Assembly (NCBI GenBank): GCA_036267755.1
Contig: DATAVK010000056.1
Location: 1,989 to 65,988 of the forward strand
Reading direction: 5' to 3'
Origin: Mycobacteriales bacterium
GTDB lineage: Bacteria; Actinomycetota; Actinomycetes; JAFAQI01
Length of the DNA stretch: 64,000 nt
The number at the start of each line of letters is the position of its first letter. Position 1 is the stretch's first letter. The notes under the pieces are model-generated. The model had not been told where the DNA came from and searched no databases. It saw only the letters and a program-made list of their open reading frames with translations. Below are positions 40,189 to 49,781 of the stretch, piece by piece. Position numbers and translations under genes: made by a program.

Positions 40189-40872
40189 ATGCCCGACCAC
40201 GCGATGGACGTCGTCCCCCAGATCCACCCCCAGCCTCATCATCACACGCCGAAACTCGCGATGATCATGAAGCACCTGGGCCTGAGCCTGCTGATGGCCA
40301 ACGTGGTCCCCAGCGTGCTGTTCTTCCTGTGCCTGCGCGCCGGGAACGTCTGGACCGCTCTGATCGCCGCCCTGGTCTGGTGCTACGGCGCAATGGCCTG
40401 GCGGTTGCGCACCAAGCGCCGGGCGTCGGGCCTGCTGATGATCAGCATGGTCGGCCTGACGGCGAAGACCGTCCTCGCGCTCGCCAGCGGCAGCACCTTC
40501 ATCTACTTCCTGCAGCCCGCCGTCACCGACGGCATCGTCGCGGTCCTGTTCCTGCTGTCGCTCGCGACGGCGCGCCCGGTCGTGGCTCGGCTCGCCGGTG
40601 ACTTCTACCCGATGAACGACGAGGTCGCCGGTCGCCCGGCGATCCAGAAGCTGTTCTGGCGGCTGACCCTGTTCTGGGCCGGGCTGTGCCTGATGAAGTC
40701 CATCGTCACGGTGTTCCTGCTCGAAAACATGTCGACGGTCAGTTTCGTCGAAGCGAAGAGCGTCTTCGTCCTCGCCGTCGTGATCGGCGGCGCAGCGGTG
40801 ACCGTGGCCGCCGCGGTCCGGGTCGCCAAGGTCGAAGGCCTGCTGCACATCCCGCATCCCGTCACCGTCTGA
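40189..40872 (+). CDS. Polytopic membrane protein (VC0807 / septation-protein-A-like layout)
   Basis: It has 5-6 TM helices, with a basic loop (WRLRTKRRASG) after TM2. The start is ambiguous (ATG at 40189, 40204, 40261 or 40267). Confidence 0.5.
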   Translation: MPDHAMDVVPQIHPQPHHHTPKLAMIMKHLGLSLLMANVVPSVLFFLCLRAGNVWTALIAALVWCYGAMAWRLRTKRRASGLLMISMVGLTAKTVLALASGSTFIYFLQPAVTDGIVAVLFLLSLATARPVVARLAGDFYPMNDEVAGRPAIQKLFWRLTLFWAGLCLMKSIVTVFLLENMSTVSFVEAKSVFVLAVVIGGAAVTVAAAVRVAKVEGLLHIPHPVTV

Positions 40873-40890
40873 CGGGCGAGACGTCCTCGG

Positions 40891-41148
40891 TCAGGACGCC
40901 CGTGACTTGGCGGCCTGGCGGCTCCGGAGGATTCGCCGGATCCGGGCCAGCTCGCTAGGGACGACCTCCGTCGGATCCAGGTGCGCATCGACGAGGTGCA
41001 GGTAGTCGGCCGTGGCGTCCGCCCACTCGTGGTAGATCCGCCACTCCTCCTCGCTTCGCGGGACTCCGGGGGTTGCGTCGCGGTGCAACGCCGCGAATGC
41101 GGCGTCGGCTTGCATGTATCGATCGATGACGTTGGGCATGCTCCTCAT
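40891..41148 (-). CDS. Hypothetical small protein (tail of track ORF 40891-41460)
   Basis: About 85 aa (MRSMPNVIDRYMQADAAFAALHRD...EEWRIYHEWADATADYLHLVD...). Only this 3' part has protein-like composition. An alternative ATG lies at 41139. Confidence 0.4.
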   Translation of the reverse strand: MRSMPNVIDRYMQADAAFAALHRDATPGVPRSEEEWRIYHEWADATADYLHLVDAHLDPTEVVPSELARIRRILRSRQAAKSRAS

Positions 41149-41268
41149 CCTGCAGCCTGAAGCCGTTGGTCTGTAGCGCCGTTCGGAGCACATTCCGAAT
41201 CCTCGGCGCTGACCCGAACGTCGTAGTCCCACGCTTCGAAACCCCACCGGATGGGCAGGTCTTTGGAC

Positions 41269-41463
41269 ATGAACACCCAGGAGCACCACAGCGCCGCCGA
41301 AGAGCTGGCCGACAACGCCCATCAACTGCTGACGACCGCGATGGCCACCGAGGGCGACGACGCCAAGATCGACGACCGGGCGCGTGAGTTCGCGGTGGCG
41401 CTGGCCACGGCGTACTCCTCGATCGCGCAGGTTCACGCCACGCTGGCAACCAGCGGGCACTGA
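41269..41463 (+). CDS. Hypothetical small helical protein
   Basis: 64 aa from ATG 41269 (MNTQEHHSAAEELADNAHQLLTTAMATEGDD...). The track start 41251 is also possible. It is divergent from the preceding ORF. Confidence 0.4.
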   Translation: MNTQEHHSAAEELADNAHQLLTTAMATEGDDAKIDDRAREFAVALATAYSSIAQVHATLATSGH

Positions 41464-41658
41464 CTAGCCCGGCGGGAAGCAGTCGTCGAACAGCGACTGC
41501 GTGACCTCGTCGAGGGTCACGACGTGCCCGGCCTGTTGCAGCGCGAGCAGGTCGGCGCGGCTGTTGATGACAACCGTCTCCGCCGAGGTCTTGTCACTCA
41601 CCTCGGGCCACGCCAGGAACTCGCAGCCTGATTCCTGCCTCACTTCGTATCTCGCCAC
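41464..41658 (-). CDS. Hypothetical small protein
   Basis: 64 aa (MARYEVRQESGCEFLAWPEVSDKTSAETVVINSRADLLALQQAGHVVTLDEV...). Its stop codon directly abuts the stop of the convergent 41269-41463 ORF. Confidence 0.4.
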   Translation of the reverse strand: MARYEVRQESGCEFLAWPEVSDKTSAETVVINSRADLLALQQAGHVVTLDEVTQSLFDDCFPPG

Positions 41659-41713
41659 CCCCGAACCGTATCTAAGGCTTTCGCGCTCGGCTGGGCTGCC
41701 TATCGGCCAACCG

Positions 41714-41752
41714 CTGAAGTGCCCCCTGTGTCATCCCGCGGGGGCACTTCAG
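41714..41752 (-). terminator. Perfect 13-bp stem hairpin (CTGAAGTGCCCCC / GGGGGCACTTCAG, 13-nt loop)
   Basis: An exact inverted repeat at 41714-41726 and 41740-41752, lying 15 nt downstream of the TAG (41767-41769) of the frameshifted gene. There is no U-tract, which is common for actinobacterial terminators. Confidence 0.55.
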
Positions 41753-41766
41753 CGCGTCGTGCCTTG

Positions 41767-42194
41767 CTAGCCGTCTGCGCTGAATGTCACGCCTTCGAGG
41801 CTGGCGAAGTCCGTGATGGCGCTTGACGGCGCGCCACCACCGTTGGTCGGGTACACGGAGCCGTTGTTGATCTCAAGGGCTCCGATGTAGGTGTTGCTGT
41901 CTGAGACGACCGGGACGAATATCTCATGGGGGCCGGAGGAGATAGACGCGGGAAGCGTGAAAGCGGCGGTGCCCGAACTTCCGCCCTCGATCGCGCCGCG
42001 AAGATGAACGATTCCATGAGCGTCGATCGCCCAAGCAGGAGCACGCTCTTGTTCTTCAGTTTCTTGCCCGTGATCGTGTGGTTCTTGATCTGACTGCCCG
42101 TGATCAGGTGACTCGCCTCAGACGCAGCAGCAGGCGCTGCCAGGCCTACAACGAGCGCTCCTGCAGCTACAGCAATCATCGGTGACAGTTTCAT
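41767..42194 (-). pseudogene. Secreted protein gene interrupted by a frameshift near 42030-42040
   Basis: Frame A (42194 downwards) encodes a signal peptide (MKLSPMIAVAAGALVVGLAAPAAASEA) and then HLITGSQIKNHTITGKKLKNKSV. The protein-like continuation (WAIDAHGIVHLRGAIEGG...GVTFSADG*) lies in another frame, from 42033 to 41767. See finding. Confidence 0.7.
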
Positions 42195-42280
42195 GGCTTC
42201 CCCTCTGAGTCGGCCGATGCGGATAGGCCGAACGTTAGGGGCGCATCAGGGCGTGACCAGGGGTGACAGTGCCACGCCAG

Positions 42281-43312
42281 CTAGTCGGCAGCGTTTTCGC
42301 TGGTCACTCGCTTGGCGCGGCTCGGTTGGACTCTCGGAGGCTCGCCCTCCATCTTCGGAAAGTTCGGCGGGTACGGCGCATCGCCGAGACCACGGTCGAC
42401 CTCGTCACGGTCGGCCCAGTCGAGCAACGGCTGGATGCTGAAATGCACGTCATCGATCCCGGCATGCAGGTCGCCAAGTCGCGCAAATCGTTCCGGCATC
42501 GTCGCGATTGTGAAGTCGGCGGTCTCGACGTCGGGCAGCTCGTCCCACGTCAACGGCGCCGACACCGGACCATGAGGCAACCCCCGGACCGAGTACGCCG
42601 CCGCTATCGTGCGGTCCTTCGCATTCTGGTTGTAATCCAGGAAAATCTGCTCGCCTCGCTCTTCCTTCCACCAGGCCGTCGTGACCTGCTCGGGCACCCG
42701 CCGCTCGACCTCGCGAGCGAAGGCGAGCGCGGCCCGGCGTACCTCGCGGAAACCGAACTTCGGCTCGATCCGGACGTAGATGTGGATCCCGCGGTTGCCC
42801 GAGGTCTTCGGCCAGCCCACCGCTCCGAGCTCCGATAGAACCTCACGCACAATGAGCGCGACCTGCTTGGCCTCGGCGAATCCGGTGCCCGGCTGCGGGT
42901 CGAGGTCGATCCGAAGCTCGTCCGGCATCTCGACCGCGTCGCGCCGGGTGTGCCAGGGATGGAACTCGACCGTCGACATCTGCACGGCCCACGCAACCGA
43001 TGCCAGCTCGGTGACGCACAACTCGTCGGCGGTGCGGCCGGACGGGAAGCTGACCTCGGCGGTCTCCACCCACTCCGGGGCGCCTTTGGGCAGCCGCTTC
43101 TGGTAGATCTTCTCGCCGCCGACCCCTTCCGGGTAGCGATGCAGCATGCAGGGCCGCTCGTAGAGCGCGCGGACGATGCCCTCGCCGACCGACAGGTAGT
43201 AGTTGACGAGGTCGAGCTTCGTCTCACCGCGCGCCGGAAAGTACACCCGGTCGGGGTTGGTCACCTTGACGGTGCGAGGTCCGATCTCCACCTCGACGAA
43301 TGGCGACGCCAT
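42281..43312 (-). CDS. LigD-type primase-polymerase (stand-alone Prim-PolC-like, AEP superfamily)
   Basis: The start is trimmed to ATG 43312 (MASPFVEVEIGPRTVKVTNPDRVYFP...). The AEP motifs are present (ELRIDLDP, KTSGNRGIHIYV, FLDYNQN). 343 aa. Confidence 0.9.
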   Translation of the reverse strand: MASPFVEVEIGPRTVKVTNPDRVYFPARGETKLDLVNYYLSVGEGIVRALYERPCMLHRYPEGVGGEKIYQKRLPKGAPEWVETAEVSFPSGRTADELCVTELASVAWAVQMSTVEFHPWHTRRDAVEMPDELRIDLDPQPGTGFAEAKQVALIVREVLSELGAVGWPKTSGNRGIHIYVRIEPKFGFREVRRAALAFAREVERRVPEQVTTAWWKEERGEQIFLDYNQNAKDRTIAAAYSVRGLPHGPVSAPLTWDELPDVETADFTIATMPERFARLGDLHAGIDDVHFSIQPLLDWADRDEVDRGLGDAPYPPNFPKMEGEPPRVQPSRAKRVTSENAAD

Positions 43313-43367
43313 AGTCGGACCGTATCGCTCGTCAACCCGGCATCGGGTTCTGCCGATCAGTGAAGGT

Positions 43368-43733
43368 ATGACGCGTCGCTGGTCGGTCACGGTGCTCGCC
43401 ACGTCGACCCTGGTGGTCGTCCTGGCAGGGTGTGGCTCGAGCGCTCCACCCGCTGGCCACGCCCTCGCGGCCAAGGCGTGTCAGAGCGGCGGCTCTGCTG
43501 CGGCGTCACTGGCGTCGCAGGCGGCGGCCGCCAACTCGCTCTATGCGACCCTCTCGGCGGACGAGCACGCGAACGCCGCCACCGAGGCCGGCGAGGAGTC
43601 CGAGCAGTCCGACGGCAGCAGCGGCGACAGCGGCCTCGGCTCGCTCGCGAACGCCGAGAACCTCGGCAGCACCGGCAGCATCAAGGTGATCACGGACTGC
43701 GCCAAGCTCGGTCTTCCCGTGACGCCGCACTGA
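43368..43733 (+). CDS. Small lipoprotein, hypothetical
   Basis: Starts at internal ATG 43368, giving MTRRWSVTVLATSTLVVVLAGC|GSS (lipobox LAGC). 121 aa with an acidic Ser/Gly-rich middle. Confidence 0.65.
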   Translation: MTRRWSVTVLATSTLVVVLAGCGSSAPPAGHALAAKACQSGGSAAASLASQAAAANSLYATLSADEHANAATEAGEESEQSDGSSGDSGLGSLANAENLGSTGSIKVITDCAKLGLPVTPH

Positions 43734-43757
43734 GGATTTCGCCGTACGATTGAGGGC

Positions 43758-44165
43758 GTGACTCATGCTGTGGAGAAGACCGACGAAGAGTGGCGCGAGG
43801 AACTGAGTCCCGAGGAGTACGCCGTGCTCCGCCAGGCCGGCACCGAGCGCCCGTTTACCGGCCCGCTGCTCGAGGAGCACCGCGTCGGGGTGTATTCCTG
43901 CCGCGCCTGCGGCAACGAGCTGTTCCGGAGCGACACGAAGTTCGAGTCGCACTGCGGCTGGCCGTCGTTCTACGACCCGTCGAACTCCGACGCGGTCGAG
44001 CTGATCGAGGACCGCTCGCTGGGCATGACGCGCGTGGAGGTCCGGTGCAAGCGCTGCGGCAGCCATCTCGGCCACGTCTTCGAGGACGCGCCGCAGACCC
44101 CCACCGGCGACCGTTACTGCATGAACTCCATCAGCCTGACCTTCGCGCCCGTGGACGAGGCGTAG
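43758..44165 (+). CDS. msrB: Peptide-methionine (R)-S-oxide reductase
   Basis: 135 aa with two CxxC zinc pairs (CRAC, CKRC), and the GWPSF and RYCMNS motifs containing the catalytic Cys. Confidence 0.95.
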   Translation: MTHAVEKTDEEWREELSPEEYAVLRQAGTERPFTGPLLEEHRVGVYSCRACGNELFRSDTKFESHCGWPSFYDPSNSDAVELIEDRSLGMTRVEVRCKRCGSHLGHVFEDAPQTPTGDRYCMNSISLTFAPVDEA

Positions 44166-44267
44166 CACCTGGGTTTGTGAACTGCTGCCTACCGCCGGCG
44201 AGCAGTGGCGATTCACTGATCGCTGAAGTGCGGCGCACGAGCCGCCAGCACCTGCCAGACTCGATGG

Positions 44268-44708
44268 GTGGCTGACCGGACGGTGGGAGCGCCGCCGCTG
44301 CAGCCGCGGTGGCGGTGGCCGCTGTATGCCGCCGTCGGATTCAACCTGGTGCTCATCGCCGCCGGACTGATCGTCCACGGCACCCTCGGTGTGAACTCGG
44401 ACTCAAGCGGGGGCGTGATCTTCGTCTGGTTCGCCGACGTGTTCCTGATCGTTGCCGCGATCATCGGGCTAGTCGGATCCCTCGCCGTCATGGCCCTGGT
44501 GAATCTCTACGAGCGCCGCGGCGGTCGCTGGTTGCTGGCCGCACGCATCGTTGCGGGACTCATCGCGGGACTCGCGCTGTCGTCGTTGGCCGCCTTCGTC
44601 GGCGTCATCCTGCTCCCGACCGCTGCGGCGGTAGTCGCAGGCTGCATCACGCGTCCGTCCGGTGACCCGACTCTGGCCGGACGGTGGTTCCCCGCGGCAA
44701 CCGAGTGA
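44268..44708 (+). CDS. Hypothetical four-TM membrane protein
   Basis: 146 aa with four hydrophobic helices. No motif is recognised. Confidence 0.55.
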   Translation: MADRTVGAPPLQPRWRWPLYAAVGFNLVLIAAGLIVHGTLGVNSDSSGGVIFVWFADVFLIVAAIIGLVGSLAVMALVNLYERRGGRWLLAARIVAGLIAGLALSSLAAFVGVILLPTAAAVVAGCITRPSGDPTLAGRWFPAATE

Positions 44709-44715
44709 CGGCGGA

Positions 44716-45222
44716 TCAGGGAACGACGGAGACCGGCCAGCGTCCCGCGCGCACCAGCCGGCCGGCCAGCGATCCGATGATCCGGTGGCCGGCGCTCTCG
44801 GAGGCACCCACGACGACGATGTCCGCGCGCAGTTCGTCAGCGGCTCGGGTCAGCTCGGTCCACGGGTCGCCGACGACGGAGATGAACCGCAGCGGCACAC
44901 CGAGCTCGTCGGCCCGCGATACCAGGTAGTGCTCCAGCTCCTCGGCGACCTCGGTCGCCACGGTCGACATGGCGCCGGCGAGTCCGGGGGCGAGCGAGCC
45001 ACTGGCCGACGGCTTGTGGACGTGCACAACGACGAGCTTGGATCCTTGTCGGCGCGCCAGCCCCACCGCCCAGGCGGTCGCTCGCCACGACGTGCGAGAC
45101 CCGTCGAGACCCACTAACACGACGTTCGGGCCGTCCGTCCCGAGCTCAAACTTGCCCTCGATCGGCGCGGTCACCGCCCCATAGTCCTCCGGCGCAGCGT
45201 GGGAGGCTCGGATTCGTGGCAA
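44716..45222 (-). CDS. Universal stress protein (UspA family)
   Basis: It has VLVGLDGS near the N-terminus and a C-terminal ATP-binding-type motif (VVVGASESAGHRIIGSLAGRLV). The annotated start overlaps the divergent neighbour by 7 nt, so the true start is uncertain. Confidence 0.8.
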   Translation of the reverse strand: MPRIRASHAAPEDYGAVTAPIEGKFELGTDGPNVVLVGLDGSRTSWRATAWAVGLARRQGSKLVVVHVHKPSASGSLAPGLAGAMSTVATEVAEELEHYLVSRADELGVPLRFISVVGDPWTELTRAADELRADIVVVGASESAGHRIIGSLAGRLVRAGRWPVSVVP

Positions 45223-46265
45223 TCGCGGGTCTGCCGACGCTGGTCGACGCGGAGCGCGCGGCTCGCGAGCTGCTCCCGCCGGCCGTGTGGGACTACTACG
45301 CCGGCGGCTCAGGCCTCGAGATCACCGTCGACGAGGCGGTGGCGGCGTGGCAGCGACACCGGCTGCTCCCGCACGTCCTCCGCGACGTCGCCGCGGTGAC
45401 AACCAGCACGACCGTCCTCGGTACGTCGGTCACCTCACCGGTGCTCGTCGCCCCGACGGCGTACTCGGTCATGGCCCATCCCGAGGGCGAGGTGGCGACG
45501 GCGCGCGGTACGGCGGCCGCCGGCTCGCTGATGGCCGTCTCGTCCCGGTGCTCGACCCGACTCGAGGACGTCGCCGCCGCGGCCGCAGGGCATTGGTGGT
45601 TCCAGGTCTACGTGATGCGCGACCGCACGCTCACCGAAGGGCTGGTACGCCGGGCTGCCGCAGCCGGGGCCACCGCTCTGGTCCTCACCGGCGACACGCC
45701 GTACACCGGGGTGAAGCACCGACCCTCCGGCGCCCTGCCGCTCACCGACGAGCAGTCGTTGGTCAACGTCGGCGACCACCTGCGGCCCGGAGTCGACCCG
45801 TGGCTCAGCATGGACCAGGACCCGGCCACGACGATGGCCGACATCGCGTGGCTCCGCGAGCTCTCCGGGCTGCCCGTGGTGGTGAAAGGCGTGCTGCGCC
45901 CCGACGACGCGCTGGCCTGCCTCGCCGCGGGCGCAGCCGGCGTTGTGGTCTCCAACCACGGCGGGCGCCAGCTCGACCGGTCCGTGACGAGCGCAGACGC
46001 CCTCGCGGCCATCACCACGGCGGTCGGCGACCAGGGTGAGGTGTACGTCGATGGCGGGATCCGTGACGGCGTCAGCGTGCTCACCGCCCTGGCGCTCGGG
46101 GCTCGAGCCGTGTTCGTCGGCCGACCGACGATCTGGGCCCTCGCGGCCGGCGGCGCCGACGGCGTGACCGCCATGCTGACGGCGCTCACCGCAGACCTGG
46201 CGCACGCCATGGCGCTGGCCGGAGCGACCTGCCCGGACGAGATCGACCCGAGCCTGGTCGGCTGA
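45216..46265 (+). CDS. FMN-dependent alpha-hydroxy-acid oxidase/dehydrogenase
   Basis: 349 aa. It has WDYYAGGSG near the N-terminus, active-site SNHGGRQLD and FVGRP. It is a TIM-barrel LldD/glycolate oxidase family member. Confidence 0.88.
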   Translation: MAIAGLPTLVDAERAARELLPPAVWDYYAGGSGLEITVDEAVAAWQRHRLLPHVLRDVAAVTTSTTVLGTSVTSPVLVAPTAYSVMAHPEGEVATARGTAAAGSLMAVSSRCSTRLEDVAAAAAGHWWFQVYVMRDRTLTEGLVRRAAAAGATALVLTGDTPYTGVKHRPSGALPLTDEQSLVNVGDHLRPGVDPWLSMDQDPATTMADIAWLRELSGLPVVVKGVLRPDDALACLAAGAAGVVVSNHGGRQLDRSVTSADALAAITTAVGDQGEVYVDGGIRDGVSVLTALALGARAVFVGRPTIWALAAGGADGVTAMLTALTADLAHAMALAGATCPDEIDPSLVG

Positions 46266-46286
46266 GACCAGGACCGCGAGCAGGGC

Positions 46287-46994
46287 CTAGGGCAGAGCGG
46301 CGACCAGGTCGGCCGGTGACTTGCGGGAGCCGGTGTAGAACGGGATTTCGAGCCGGGTGTGCCGCCTCGCCCGGGCAGCGCGCAACTCGCGCATCAGGTC
46401 GACGATGCGGTGCAGCTCCTCAGCCTCGAACGCCAGGATCCACTCGTAGTCGCCCAGGGCGAACGCGGCGACGGTGTTGGCGCGCACGTCGGGGAACGTC
46501 CGCGCCATCATGCCGTGCTCCTTGAGCATGTCGCGGCGCTCGTCATCGGGCAGCAGGTACCACTCGTAGTCGCGGTTGAACGGGTAGACGCAGACGAAGC
46601 GCCCCGGGTCCTCGCCCGCCAGGTACGCCGGGACGTGGCTCTTGTTGAACTCCGCCGGGCGGTGCAACGCCATCGCCGACCACACCGGCTCGCAGGCGCG
46701 CCCGAGCCCGGTCTGCCGGAACCGGGACCATGCCTCCTGCAGGTCGTCCGAGCTGGGGGCCACCCACCAGATCATCAGGTCGGCATCGGCGCGGAAACCG
46801 GCCACGTCGTACAGCCCGCGGGTCACAACGCCCTTCTCGGCGAGCTGGTCGATCAGCGCCCCGATCTCGCCCGAGATCGCCTCGCGGTCACCGTCCGGCA
46901 GGCCGGTCCGCACCTTGAAGACGGAGTACATGACGTAACGGATGGTCTGGTTGAGTTCCTTGGCGCGCTTGCCCGTGGACGGCTGCTCCGACAT
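46287..46994 (-). CDS. chdC: Coproheme decarboxylase (HemQ/ChdC, chlorite-dismutase family)
   Basis: 235 aa. The sequence shows YVMYSVFK..., DLMIWW and [13 protein letters not shown]. It lies adjacent to hemY/hemE, as in other Actinobacteria. Confidence 0.9.
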   Translation of the reverse strand: MSEQPSTGKRAKELNQTIRYVMYSVFKVRTGLPDGDREAISGEIGALIDQLAEKGVVTRGLYDVAGFRADADLMIWWVAPSSDDLQEAWSRFRQTGLGRACEPVWSAMALHRPAEFNKSHVPAYLAGEDPGRFVCVYPFNRDYEWYLLPDDERRDMLKEHGMMARTFPDVRANTVAAFALGDYEWILAFEAEELHRIVDLMRELRAARARRHTRLEIPFYTGSRKSPADLVAALP

Positions 46995-47029
46995 GCAGCC
47001 ATTGTCCCTCAGGGTGCAGACTCGGCGAC

Positions 47030-48412
47030 ATGCGACGTTACGCGAAGCTTGTCAGCTTGCCGGTCCTTCTCACCGCTATCGCGTGCAGCGGCGGGAGTGC
47101 CGGAGCCTCAGGCGCCAGATCCCAGCCGGTGACACCTACGGCCTCATCGACGGCAGCGGCCACCACGTCCGCATTCACGACATGGCCCACCTACGGCCGG
47201 ACGGCGGGTCGGTCGGCTCACGCCACGCGTGCTGTCGGGAGGTTGCGCCCTGGCTGGAAGGACTCCCTGGATGGCGCGGTGTACGGCGAACCGCTCGTCG
47301 TCGGCAGCACAGTGATCGTCGCGACGGAGAACGACACGGTCTATGGGCTCAACGCCCGCAACGGCAAGCATCGGTGGCGCCGCCACCTCGGCACCCCCGC
47401 CCCACTGAGCAGCCTCCCGTGCGGCGACATCGACCCGCTGGGTATCACCGGAACGCCGGCCTACGACGCGAGAACCGGTTCGGTGTTCGTGGTCGCCGAG
47501 ACCACCGGGGGGCATCACACCCTGTGGGCGCTCAGCGCGAAGAACGGTCACCGACGTTGGCATCGGTCGATGGATGTGCTGAAGAGCCGGGAACGCCAAG
47601 CGGAACAGGAACGCTCGGCACTGCTCGTCGCCGACGGACGGATCATTACCACGTACGGCGGTCTCGCTGGTGACTGCGCGAACTACGTCGGTTATGTGAC
47701 CTCGACTGCGACATCAGGCAAGGGCGCGACTCGCCACTACGCCGTCCCCACCTCCCGTGAAGCCGGAATGTGGTCCCCGGCGGGTCCGGTGATCGGGGCC
47801 AACGGCAACGTCTACGTTGCCAGCGGCAACGGCGCCGAGTTGAACGGGAAATGGGACAAGAGCGACTCGGTGACCGAGCTCACCCCGACCCGGCTTCACC
47901 GGGTAGCCGTGTTCGCGCCGAGGACCTGGCCGCAGGACAACCAGGACGACCTCGACCTCGGCTCGTCGTCCCCCGTCCCGGTCAACCACCGGATCGTGAT
48001 CGCCGGCAAGCGTGGCACCGTCTACCTGTTGAAGCCCAGCCTGGGTGGCGTCGGGTCGGCTATCGCTACGGCTACCAACTGTCAGGCATTCGGTGGCGCG
48101 GCCGTGGTGGGCCACACGGTTCTCATGCCATGCAAGGGCCAGAACGCTATCCGCGCGCTCAAGGTCGGCGCGCATTCGCTGAAGTGGTCGTGGACGGCAT
48201 CGGGCGTCTATGCCTCGCCGGTGATCGCCGGCAAGAAGGTGTACGCCGCGGACCTCAACAGCGGGGACCTTGTGGTGCTGGGCCTGTCGACCGGCAAGGT
48301 GCTGCAACGACTCAGCGCCGGATCACTTCCCCATTTCCCATCGGAGACAGTCGACGGCGGCCGGGTTTTCGTGGGCACCTTGAACGGGGTGACTACGTTC
48401 AAGGCCTCGTGA
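47030..48412 (+). CDS. PQQ-like beta-propeller repeat lipoprotein
   Basis: 460 aa with a lipobox (LLTAIAC|SGG). It has repeated motifs of the type [26 protein letters not shown] and [14 protein letters not shown]. Confidence 0.75.
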   Translation: MRRYAKLVSLPVLLTAIACSGGSAGASGARSQPVTPTASSTAAATTSAFTTWPTYGRTAGRSAHATRAVGRLRPGWKDSLDGAVYGEPLVVGSTVIVATENDTVYGLNARNGKHRWRRHLGTPAPLSSLPCGDIDPLGITGTPAYDARTGSVFVVAETTGGHHTLWALSAKNGHRRWHRSMDVLKSRERQAEQERSALLVADGRIITTYGGLAGDCANYVGYVTSTATSGKGATRHYAVPTSREAGMWSPAGPVIGANGNVYVASGNGAELNGKWDKSDSVTELTPTRLHRVAVFAPRTWPQDNQDDLDLGSSSPVPVNHRIVIAGKRGTVYLLKPSLGGVGSAIATATNCQAFGGAAVVGHTVLMPCKGQNAIRALKVGAHSLKWSWTASGVYASPVIAGKKVYAADLNSGDLVVLGLSTGKVLQRLSAGSLPHFPSETVDGGRVFVGTLNGVTTFKAS

Positions 48413-49781
48413 TCGAGGCAAGCACCTGCTCGGCGGCCTGACGCCCGGTCTTGATGCAGGCCGGGATTCCGACCCCGTCGTAGGAGGCGCCGCACACGGC
48501 CAGGCCGGGTACGTCGGTAACCGCGGCACGGATCCTGGCCACCCGGTCCAGGTGCCCGACGGCGTACTGCGGCAGGCCGCCGCCCCAGCGGGTCACCCGA
48601 GACGCGACCGGCGCGCCAGTGAAGCCGGCGTAGCGGGTCAGCTCGGTCGTTGCGGCCGTCACCAGATCGCCGTCGTCACGCTGCAGGTCGGCCACGTCGC
48701 CGTGCCGACCGATCGAGGCCCGGACCACGGCGAGGCCATCGCGGTCGAGATGGGCCCACTTCGCGGAAGCGAAGGTGACCGCCTTGACCGGCCGCCCGGT
48801 CGCGGCCGGAACCAGGTAACCGCTGCTGGACTGCGCCGGCGCGTCCTCGCGGCGCCAGACCGTGGTGACGATCGCCATGCTCGCCGCGTCGATGCCGGCG
48901 AGCTCGCCAGCGGCGACCGGCACCGGGTCGGCGAGCAGCCGCCGGGTCGAGGCGGCGGGGAGCGCGAGGACGACGCCGTCGGCCTCGATCGCCTGTTCGT
49001 CGGTGGTCGGGCCGTGCACCGTCCGCCAGCCCGACGCGAAGCGCTCGATCCGGCGTACCGTCCGGCTGGTCACGATCACCCCACCCCGGCGGGTGATCGA
49101 GCCCGCGAGTGCCTCCGGCAGCGAGCCCATCCCGGTCGTGAGGGTCGCGAACACGGGCTCGGCTGGTTGTGATGGAAGGCCCGGTGGCGGCAGTGCTCGG
49201 CTGACGGCGGCCAGCGCTGAGCGCTGGTCCCGCGGCAGTTGCGGCAGGGTCGCCGCCAGGGAGAGCTCCCGCGCGCGTCCGGCGTACACCCCGCCGAGCA
49301 GCGGGTCGACCAGCCGGTCGACGACGGCCGGGCCGAGCCGACGGGCGACCCAGTCCCCCACGGCAACGTCCTCGCCGTCGGGCGGCTGGCCGGGCAGCCA
49401 GCGGTCGGCACGCACCCGCGCCACCTCGAGAGGTGACAGCACGCCCCGCAGCGCCGCGGGGTCGCCCGGCACGCCCATCAGGGTGCGGGCCGGGATCGCC
49501 CGAAGCGCGCCCCGCGCCCACACCGACGCCGAGCTGGCCGCCGGGCTGACCAAGTCACCATCGAGGCCGAGCGACGCCACCAGGTCGACGCCCTCGGGGC
49601 GCCGCCGCAGGAACGACTCCGCGCCCTCGTCCACGGCGATGCCGCCCACGTCGGAGACCCGCAGCTTCCCGCCGACAGCCCGAGCCGCCTCGATCAGCGT
49701 GACGGTCGCGCCACCGGCGAGCAGCGCGTCGGCGGCCGCCAGGCCCGCGATGCCACCGCCGACCACCACGACGTGGGTCAC
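48399..49781 (-). CDS. hemY: Protoporphyrinogen/coproporphyrinogen III oxidase (HemY/CgoX)
   Basis: 460 aa with the FAD dinucleotide fold [14 protein letters not shown]. It has a 4-nt overlap with hemE. Confidence 0.9.
   Translation of the reverse strand: MTHVVVVGGGIAGLAAADALLAGGATVTLIEAARAVGGKLRVSDVGGIAVDEGAESFLRRRPEGVDLVASLGLDGDLVSPAASSASVWARGALRAIPARTLMGVPGDPAALRGVLSPLEVARVRADRWLPGQPPDGEDVAVGDWVARRLGPAVVDRLVDPLLGGVYAGRARELSLAATLPQLPRDQRSALAAVSRALPPPGLPSQPAEPVFATLTTGMGSLPEALAGSITRRGGVIVTSRTVRRIERFASGWRTVHGPTTDEQAIEADGVVLALPAASTRRLLADPVPVAAGELAGIDAASMAIVTTVWRREDAPAQSSSGYLVPAATGRPVKAVTFASAKWAHLDRDGLAVVRASIGRHGDVADLQRDDGDLVTAATTELTRYAGFTGAPVASRVTRWGGGLPQYAVGHLDRVARIRAAVTDVPGLAVCGASYDGVGIPACIKTGRQAAEQVLASITRP

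Noticed and set aside
41787-42030. The 3' two-thirds of track ORF 41787-42194 (translation ...GRSTLMESFIFAARSRAEVRAPPLSRFPRLSPPAPMRYSSRSSQ...).
   Set aside because: Its composition is shadow-like and third-position G/C drops. The adjacent frame gives protein-like sequence. It is therefore interpreted as the wrong frame downstream of a frameshift, not as a real C-terminus.
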